64,000 bases of DNA. It comes from a virus. Its lineage: Duplodnaviria > Caudoviricetes. The position numbers and the translations under genes were made by a program. This document shows, piece after piece, positions 58,013 through 64,000 of this stretch. Below the pieces are notes generated by a model. The model worked only from the letters and a program-made list of their open reading frames with translations. It was not told the origin of the DNA and did no database searches. The stretch spans positions 1 to 64,000 of the IMG/VR virus record IMGVR_UViG_3300031993_000027. One strand, written 5' to 3'. Each line of letters begins with the position of its first letter. Within the stretch, counting starts at the first letter, position 1.

Positions 58013-58336
58013 TTACCTCCTACAATAATAGTGTTCACACTTCGTTGCGTCTAAGGGTACTATTGTTCTCATACAGGCACATCCGAATCCGTGGTCATCA
58101 AGCCATTCCCACTCTGTACAGGTCTCACAGGAAGGGAATACAAGTTGTATTTCAAGAACAGGACGACCCCAAGCATCTACCGAGAGAGTGTATTTCTTTA
58201 CATAAGCCTCATAATAGTTCTTAGGAACGTCGTTTATTACACCGTCGAAAAAGAAGTTTCTCCCTCTTCCAATATCAACGGTTATCGACACAACAGTATA
58301 TTCATCAAAGGGTTTAAAGATTTGTTCTAACGTCAT
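58013..58336 (-). CDS. hypothetical protein
   Basis: GAGGA SD. Confidence 0.55.
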   Translation of the reverse strand: MTLEQIFKPFDEYTVVSITVDIGRGRNFFFDGVINDVPKNYYEAYVKKYTLSVDAWGRPVLEIQLVFPSCETCTEWEWLDDHGFGCACMRTIVPLDATKCEHYYCRR

Positions 58337-58337
58337 A

Positions 58338-58766
58338 TTAGTATTCCTCGTACTGTATAGAATAATTCCATGACATAGGATAACTCCATGATAAACCGCC
58401 TCTTTCAAGTTCGAAGCGTTCTATCAGGTATTCCCTGACCACATTTTCTTCCTCATAATCAAGAAGAATATCTATGTGACGAATCCCTCCAATCATCCCT
58501 CTAAAATTCATTAGACGAACTAATCTACTTAAAGAGATAGAAAGTTCTGATTCTTTTAAGTCCTTTAAGTTTGTTATCCACTCTGCCACTTGTTCATATA
58601 AATCGGCTTTATCACGGTATTCTTTTACTATGGGATTATATGGAGATAGAGGACTTGCTATTCTTTCTCCCATGGGTCTGTATCTTTCCGCATCTTCTCT
58701 AAGTTTTTCAGCCTTTTTTATAAAGTATTTGACCGCAAAGTATTTGATTGTTTCTTCGTTATCCAT
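58338..58766 (-). CDS. hypothetical protein
   Basis: Coupled ORF. Confidence 0.6.
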   Translation of the reverse strand: MDNEETIKYFAVKYFIKKAEKLREDAERYRPMGERIASPLSPYNPIVKEYRDKADLYEQVAEWITNLKDLKESELSISLSRLVRLMNFRGMIGGIRHIDILLDYEEENVVREYLIERFELERGGLSWSYPMSWNYSIQYEEY

Positions 58767-59328
58767 TGCTTTCTCCCTTCAAGGCTTCGATTGCCATATC
58801 TATCGCCTCGTTCACTTCTATGTCTTTAGGATATTCGGGAAACGGATATTTAAGAGATTCCAGTGTCTTGATTGCATCTTCTTTTGTCGGTAACAAATCT
58901 TCCTGTTCGAATCCTTCTCCATAACCGTAATCGTATTCACACTTCCATACAGTACCATCAGGTTCAATCATTTCTGCAATATAAGGATTATTAGTGTTGT
59001 ATCCTGAAGTAAATCTGAACTTGTAGTCATTGTACTCAAACTCAACTTCACCATAATCCCACCAATCCATTTCGTCGGTCTTATACGAAATCTCTTTAAT
59101 TCCGTCTTCGGTGAGTTTGTAGATTTCAGGAAGACCTTGTTTGTGGCAAAGAACACGAATGTTTCCATCACCCAAAATTCCATGATGGATATGGTCTATC
59201 CAATCTATAAGAATTTCGTTACTTACCTTAAAAGTCCCTTCATTGGGTTTAAACAATGGAACGTCCTCTTTATCTTTGCGACGTTCACCGTTCTTGTAAA
59301 CAAAAGCACCATAATCGCAATAAGCCAT
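58759..59328 (-). CDS. hypothetical protein
   Basis: MAYCDYGAFVYKNGERR.DKED; GAGGAGG SD. Confidence 0.7.
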   Translation of the reverse strand: MAYCDYGAFVYKNGERRKDKEDVPLFKPNEGTFKVSNEILIDWIDHIHHGILGDGNIRVLCHKQGLPEIYKLTEDGIKEISYKTDEMDWWDYGEVEFEYNDYKFRFTSGYNTNNPYIAEMIEPDGTVWKCEYDYGYGEGFEQEDLLPTKEDAIKTLESLKYPFPEYPKDIEVNEAIDMAIEALKGESNG

Positions 59329-59367
59329 ATTATTCCTCCTCTTCTTGCCTTGCGTCAATTAGTCGTG

Positions 59368-59646
59368 TCATTCTTTATCACCTCTCATATCTGTACCACA
59401 GTGCCAACAATAAGGAACTTCTATTGAACCCGAATGTATATCACTATGATGACATTTATTGCATTCGTAAAGGTTGTTACCCCCATCGTCGTAATCGGTT
59501 TCTTTTAAAATCCACTCACCTTTTGGTCTTTCATTATAAGGTGTTCCGTTTGCAATAATATTTTGGTCTACTGTGTCCGTTCTGTTAAACACACACTCTC
59601 TGCAAAATTCATAATACCTTTCGGGTATATCAATTATCAGTTTCAT
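59368..59646 (-). CDS. zinc-ribbon accessory protein
   Basis: MKLIIDIPE...GEWI...ECNKC...YCWHCG.DM. Confidence 0.7.
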   Translation of the reverse strand: MKLIIDIPERYYEFCRECVFNRTDTVDQNIIANGTPYNERPKGEWILKETDYDDGGNNLYECNKCHHSDIHSGSIEVPYCWHCGTDMRGDKE

Positions 59647-59830
59647 TGTCTGCCTCCTGTTTTGGGTATACCTGTTCGCCTCCTATCAGAACCTTAACTT
59701 GCTTCTTCTGTTCGGCTTCGAGCAATCCGTATTTGTATCCACGTTCCCATGCTTGCGCTACTATCTGTTCGATTGCCCCCTTCATTCCCTCAAGATTTTT
59801 CAGTTTTGTTTCTGTCTTTGTCTTACTCAT
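59630..59830 (-). CDS. hypothetical protein
   Basis: AGGAGG junction. Confidence 0.6.
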   Translation of the reverse strand: MSKTKTETKLKNLEGMKGAIEQIVAQAWERGYKYGLLEAEQKKQVKVLIGGEQVYPKQEADNETDN

Positions 59831-60104
59831 TGTCTGCCTCCTTTAACCTCTTATTTGTATCACCGTAATCATAACCAACAGGCACTCTCTTTTCTATCCA
59901 ATCGCCTTGCGGTCTTTTTTGACCATCTTCTAAGCCTTGAACATATCCAATATCGAAGTTATCTCTGATTTCAACTGTCGGGGCATTGTCAATCATACCT
60001 AAAACTTCATCTTTCATTATCCAAGTGTTTACACCATCATAAGAATAAGCACATTCTTTAAGCACTTCTTTCAAAGCACTACGGCTTATTAAATCATTGT
60101 TCAT
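59823..60104 (-). CDS. hypothetical protein (MNNDLISR family)
   Basis: DLISRSAL...IDNAPTVE. Confidence 0.7.
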   Translation of the reverse strand: MNNDLISRSALKEVLKECAYSYDGVNTWIMKDEVLGMIDNAPTVEIRDNFDIGYVQGLEDGQKRPQGDWIEKRVPVGYDYGDTNKRLKEADNE

Positions 60105-60288
60105 TGTCTGCCTCCTTCATATCATCAACCAAAGTGTCAATATACAATCTTGTAGTCTTTTTAGTGTGAATATCAGTACAAGCCACATATCCGTTAGTAT
60201 TTTCTATAAGGTGTCCTATTTTGTACTGTCTACCATTAAATTCAAATATTTCGCCTGTGTGCATAAATCCTATGGTTGTTTTACTCAT
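60094..60288 (-). CDS. hypothetical protein
   Basis: Coupled ORF. Confidence 0.6.
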   Translation of the reverse strand: MSKTTIGFMHTGEIFEFNGRQYKIGHLIENTNGYVACTDIHTKKTTRLYIDTLVDDMKEADNEQ

Positions 60289-60671
60289 TCTTCTTTCTCC
60301 TTATATGGTCTTGGTAATTCTTGCCAAGCAACAACTTTTGAATATGAATGGAACTCACTTCCCAAACTACCTAATGTTCGGCTGTCAAATTGTTCTTGCC
60401 AAATACCGAATTGTTCACACCCTTCATCATAACTTCCTATAAATGAATATTCATCTTCTTCGCTTTCATCTATTTTGCCCCATAGTAAGTAATCACCCTC
60501 TTCTTCGGGCAATCTCTCGCTAACAGGAATCCACTCGCCCTTTGTTCTTTCATCATAAGGTTTACCTTTCCTCAGAATATCCCTCATATCAGCACAAAGC
60601 AGAGCAGACCATTGGTTTTCTTCATCAAAACTCTTTTTCATTCCTTCAGGAAGTTCAATTACTAGTTTCAT
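60285..60671 (-). CDS. DUF551-like protein
   Basis: WIPVSERLPE...VVAWQELPRPY. Confidence 0.7.
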   Translation of the reverse strand: MKLVIELPEGMKKSFDEENQWSALLCADMRDILRKGKPYDERTKGEWIPVSERLPEEEGDYLLWGKIDESEEDEYSFIGSYDEGCEQFGIWQEQFDSRTLGSLGSEFHSYSKVVAWQELPRPYKEKEE

Positions 60672-60841
60672 TTTCTTTGCCTCTCATATTCCTTTATCCT
60701 ATCTTCTTCAAGTTCAAGATAGAAACCACATTTTTTGCAATTATGAAACGGATTCCTACAACAACAATAGTCGTGTCCGTAAATATTTGAAAAGAAGTGA
60801 TACAGTTTGAGTTTTATCTTAAAAAACAACGGTTCTTTCAT
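60668..60841 (-). CDS. hypothetical protein (57 aa)
   Basis: GAGGTG SD; ATGA overlap. Confidence 0.5.
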   Translation of the reverse strand: MKEPLFFKIKLKLYHFFSNIYGHDYCCCRNPFHNCKKCGFYLELEEDRIKEYERQRK

Positions 60842-60847
60842 TCTTTA

Positions 60848-61024
60848 TCACCTCTCATACTCTTTTAAAGAAAAATTCATAGTTCCATATTTTTTATATT
60901 TAATATACTGATAAGCATATTCAACCAAAGCACCTATCAATGTTGAATGTTGATAATAATTTGGTTCACCTTGACAACATACTATCACATTGAATTTAGG
61001 GAAATTGCATTTTCTTCGTATCAT
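60848..61024 (-). CDS. small hypothetical protein, paralog of 1..159
   Basis: Near-identical DNA. Confidence 0.6.
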   Translation of the reverse strand: MIRRKCNFPKFNVIVCCQGEPNYYQHSTLIGALVEYAYQYIKYKKYGTMNFSLKEYER

Positions 61025-61110
61025 TCCTTCTCACCCCTTCTTCTTTTAATACCTTCATAAATCATACAAGCAAGCCAACCTGCGAAAAACGATAAGAAAA
61101 TCATCATTAT

Positions 61111-61392
61111 TTACCACCCCAACTTCTCAACAGCCTTATGTCTTATCTCGTCAACATCACTGAACCTGTCTAGGTTTTCAATGATAAACTCTCTGTAACT
61201 GGCAAACCCAACACATCCGTCCTTTGCCATCATATATTCAAAGATACTGTCTTTGTCTATGCCGTAAAGGATATTGTCATTTAACAACGCACAGGCTATG
61301 TCTAATGCTCTATCGAGTTTATCGGCTCTTGACATTTCGTATTCTCTTTCATATGAAGGATTGTACACAGTACCTAATATCTTTTCGTTCAT
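61111..61392 (-). CDS. hypothetical protein
   Basis: GAGGA SD. Confidence 0.6.
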   Translation of the reverse strand: MNEKILGTVYNPSYEREYEMSRADKLDRALDIACALLNDNILYGIDKDSIFEYMMAKDGCVGFASYREFIIENLDRFSDVDEIRHKAVEKLGW

Positions 61393-61556
61393 TTATCCTG
61401 TTCCTCTCTCTCGTTGTTCAGTTCCTTTAACAACTTGACTACAAAACCAAGTTCTTTAGCAACTAGGGAATAATGCGGATGTTTTCTTGCCTGACTGTTA
61501 TAGAACAGCAACTTGGCTTCATAAAGTCTTATCTCTTTGTCTAAATCAATCATCAT
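61389..61556 (-). CDS. hypothetical protein (55 aa)
   Basis: AGGAG SD directly after the promoter. Confidence 0.5.
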   Translation of the reverse strand: MMIDLDKEIRLYEAKLLFYNSQARKHPHYSLVAKELGFVVKLLKELNNEREEQDK

Positions 61557-61569
61557 AGTCTCCTACTTT

Positions 61570-61598
61570 TCTTAACGGATTTCGAGAATTAAATCTTC
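61570..61598 (-). promoter_or_regulatory. phage-specific promoter, GAAGATTTAA-N11-CGTTAAGA
   Basis: Conserved bipartite motif. Confidence 0.75.
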
Positions 61599-62457
61599 AA
61601 TATTTTATTCTCTCCATCATTTCGTAGACTACTCTTTCGTGCATATTGTTCGCCTCGATATCAGGGCGAGGATATTTCTCCAATAACTCGTCGTGGTCTT
61701 TGGCACAAAGTCCCCTCTTTTCAATCGTAATATCCTTCGTTGTGTTTGCATCAAGATATGGAGATTCAGGGTCAACTTCAAATACTCTTGTCTCATAGTA
61801 AGTATCAAGAGCCACCGTTTCCATTTTGCCATCTGTTATATAATCCCCTATTGTAGATACAACCCAAGCCTTGTCCTCATATTCAAGAAGAGTATTTCTT
61901 CTGAATTGGCACTTTTCATAGCCTATGAAGTGTCCTGCCCACCCTCTTTCTGTTCTTTTCACTTCGTTGGATTTTGCTACTTCCACAAGAAGAATCTCTC
62001 CTTCCCTTTGTGGATGCACCATGTACTTGTGGTTTTTCAAATATACCGTTTCTTTAACATCTGTAAGATGGGCATAAGGAAGAAGCATTTGAGGAGAATA
62101 CTCGATTTCTTTACCATCAGTATTCTTTATATAAACAGAAGTACAAGAATAAGGGTTTATGTTCGATATCTTGCGTTTCTCTGTAAACTTCTTGTCCTCA
62201 CTAAGATAGACATTATTATAGAAATTCCCTGCTTTACACAAGGGATTTATTACTACCTCTTCCCCACAACTAAAAATATATTGGTGAGATTTAACAAGAA
62301 TAAGATTCTCTCTTCTCTCAAACTCTACCAAGCCATTCTTGTTGATAAGTTCTACTGTTACTTCTAATGGCGAAAATGAATTAATAAATTCTCCTTTAAC
62401 TTCATAAAAACCAAGGTCTCTCTTGTGCTGAACGATATCTCCTTTGTTAAATTCCAT
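61597..62457 (-). CDS. multi-domain hypothetical protein
   Basis: AAGGAGG SD; ERGWAGHFI....C.FRRNTLL. Confidence 0.65.
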   Translation of the reverse strand: MEFNKGDIVQHKRDLGFYEVKGEFINSFSPLEVTVELINKNGLVEFERRENLILVKSHQYIFSCGEEVVINPLCKAGNFYNNVYLSEDKKFTEKRKISNINPYSCTSVYIKNTDGKEIEYSPQMLLPYAHLTDVKETVYLKNHKYMVHPQREGEILLVEVAKSNEVKRTERGWAGHFIGYEKCQFRRNTLLEYEDKAWVVSTIGDYITDGKMETVALDTYYETRVFEVDPESPYLDANTTKDITIEKRGLCAKDHDELLEKYPRPDIEANNMHERVVYEMMERIKY

Positions 62458-62633
62458 CTTTATTATAAGCCTCCTTCCAGTTGTCGTCTCCTTCAAACTC
62501 CCAAAAAGTAGGGAAGTCCCCACAGGCGCAAGGGTATGCCATAGGACACCCCCTTGTTTTTGATTCCTTGAAATTCTCACAATCCTTGCAGAACTCTCTT
62601 ACGGTCTCAAACGCCTTTCTTATTTCTTCTTTG

Positions 62634-62939
62634 TTATACTAATAGTCCATATTTCTCGACCAACTTCAAAAACTTCGGGTCATAAGCCCCGACCTGAAAT
62701 ACTTCGATGTATTCGTCAAAAGGGTCATCAAGATTGATTCTCTTTGCCACATTACCGCCTATCTTTCCTTTAGGATTGTTAGACAGATAGGTGAACTGCT
62801 TATCCTTAGTGAACTTCAACTGAAGCGGATAAGTATAGTCTCCATCCATAATGTATGAGAACGGTCTGTTATATCCAATCTCGTCAATAACATCTTTGAC
62901 CGTCTTACCTTCGAAACGAATCTTCACACTGTTAATCAT
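62634..62939 (-). CDS. hypothetical protein
   Basis: AGGAGG SD; coupled. Confidence 0.6.
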   Translation of the reverse strand: MINSVKIRFEGKTVKDVIDEIGYNRPFSYIMDGDYTYPLQLKFTKDKQFTYLSNNPKGKIGGNVAKRINLDDPFDEYIEVFQVGAYDPKFLKLVEKYGLLV

Positions 62940-63292
62940 ACCGCCTCCTGAATACTGCGTATGTCTTTACCATAGAAGGAGCAAGGTTCATTGGTATCCC
63001 TGTCTACGATGTTAAGATACCTGCTGTCAGCCGACAGGAAGCCTGTGAGAGTTCTGCCATCTTTGAGAGTGACCGTACACTGCTTGCCAACAAAGTCGTC
63101 CACGCATACCGATACGACCAGTTCCTTCTTCATACGCTCCGTGTTGAGTTCGAGAAGAGCCTCTTCAACGTCTCTGAAGTATTCGAGTTCTTCCGTTACC
63201 TCAACTCCACAGTCGTCCTCTTCCTTCTTCAATCCCTTGTACTTGGAAGTCAGGGTAATCAACTGATAGAGCCTCTTGTTGTCTAGTGCCAT
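62936..63292 (-). CDS. protein with C-terminal Sm/LSm-like domain
   Basis: FVGKQCTVTLKDGRTLTGFL.ADSRYLNI...GKDIRSI. Confidence 0.5.
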   Translation of the reverse strand: MALDNKRLYQLITLTSKYKGLKKEEDDCGVEVTEELEYFRDVEEALLELNTERMKKELVVSVCVDDFVGKQCTVTLKDGRTLTGFLSADSRYLNIVDRDTNEPCSFYGKDIRSIQEAV

Positions 63293-63302
63293 AAAATCCC
63301 CC

Positions 63303-63689
63303 TTAGTATCCGTACTTAGTAAGGTACTCGTCGTCGGAGATAATCTCTTCATTGTCTCCGTCACTTCTTACATCAGTGATAATACCCATCTGCTCCGCTA
63401 CCTTCAAGACCTCCCTTACGGTGTAGTCGTAAGGCTTGCGTGCTGTCTTACAGAAGTTGAAACCCTTCTCGTCTTCGTTGCTGAAGTAACAGGTCTCGTG
63501 GTCGAGGTCTTTGGAAGCATCACCATTGAATGCTACGGTGTCGAGAGTGATGATAGGCTCGCCCTCTCCCCATCCGTTACCGATGAAAATGCCCTTTGCC
63601 TTGCTGTCCTCGATAATCTTCCTTACCGCCTCACAGAAGTCCTCTGTGATTGGCTGACTTGTTCTGTTCCAATAACGTGTGTAACCCAT
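63303..63689 (-). CDS. hypothetical phage protein
   Basis: MGYTRYW...FNG...HET...FCKTARKPYD; AGGAGG SD. Confidence 0.75.
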   Translation of the reverse strand: MGYTRYWNRTSQPITEDFCEAVRKIIEDSKAKGIFIGNGWGEGEPIITLDTVAFNGDASKDLDHETCYFSNEDEKGFNFCKTARKPYDYTVREVLKVAEQMGIITDVRSDGDNEEIISDDEYLTKYGY

Positions 63690-63700
63690 ATTGTGCCTCC

Positions 63701-64000
63701 TTATTTCATTCTGTTGATAAGAGTACGGAAGTGGAATCTCTGTCCTCTTCTTCCACTGTCGAGGATAACGTGTTCGTTGTATCCACCTGCTCCGATAGTC
63801 TCTACCTTCGCTTTTCCTGTTGTTCCTACGATGTAACCGTTGAGGTCGCCCTTCTCTCCGATACAGAGATTAGAAGCATCGGTTATCTCGGTTACGATAG
63901 CCTGTGTACGCTCGATGATGAAATCGTACTTGCGGTCTGCTTCGGCATTGAGGTCTTTGAGAAGTTTCTCTTCGTTCAGATGGTCAGACTGTGAATAGTC
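63701..64000 (-). CDS. hypothetical protein, 5' end outside window
   Basis: Open frame ...LNGYIVG..GKAKVETIGAGGYN...HFRTLINRMK*. Confidence 0.65.
   Translation of the reverse strand, partial: DYSQSDHLNEEKLLKDLNAEADRKYDFIIERTQAIVTEITDASNLCIGEKGDLNGYIVGTTGKAKVETIGAGGYNEHVILDSGRRGQRFHFRTLINRMK

Noticed and set aside
60866-61024. Direct terminal repeat or circular overlap with the window start
   Set aside because: The copies differ and the sequence beyond position 160 is unrelated, so gene duplication fits better
1-64000. Stop-codon reassignment
   Set aside because: Core genes are intact in code 11, and TAA, TAG and TGA all terminate genes

Overview
This 64-kb window is part of a large contractile-tailed dsDNA phage, probably infecting a Bacillota (Firmicutes) host. 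The host call is inferred from sigmaA-type TTGACA-N17-TATAAT promoters, GGAGG ribosome-binding sites and tail cell-wall hydrolase domains. Layout: (1) 1-2.7 kb and 56-64 kb, minus-strand arrays of small translationally coupled accessory genes with shared junction sequences; (2) 2.7-8.9 kb, a minus-strand replication/recombination module (Mor-like regulator, G39P-like protein, initiator with iteron origin, GIY-YIG, SSB, Sak3-like recombinase, SbcD/Mre11); (3) 9-25 kb, a plus-strand early/middle region (ECF-like sigma factor, RusA-like resolvase, an IS607-type MerR-HTH/TnpB element, SbcC/Rad50); (4) 25-55.6 kb, a minus-strand T4-like morphogenesis operon from protease-scaffold and gp23-like capsid through neck, sheath, tube, tape measure and baseplate to tail fibre. 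No portal or full-length terminase is in the window. The most notable observations are: a phage-specific promoter class (consensus G(G/A)AGATT(C/T)AA-N11-CGTTAAGA, 7 copies) plausibly read by the phage sigma factor; a second class of sigmaA promoters with a fixed CTACCCTA box; a TnpB guide that coincides with one of the phage-specific promoters; a stand-alone terminase nuclease domain with Asp-to-Asn changes (possible decoy); a head-region protein with Arg-rich repeats each ending in Glu (possible protamine-like polyprotein); and several candidate structured RNAs. All functional calls come from motif recognition by eye, and no searches were run.
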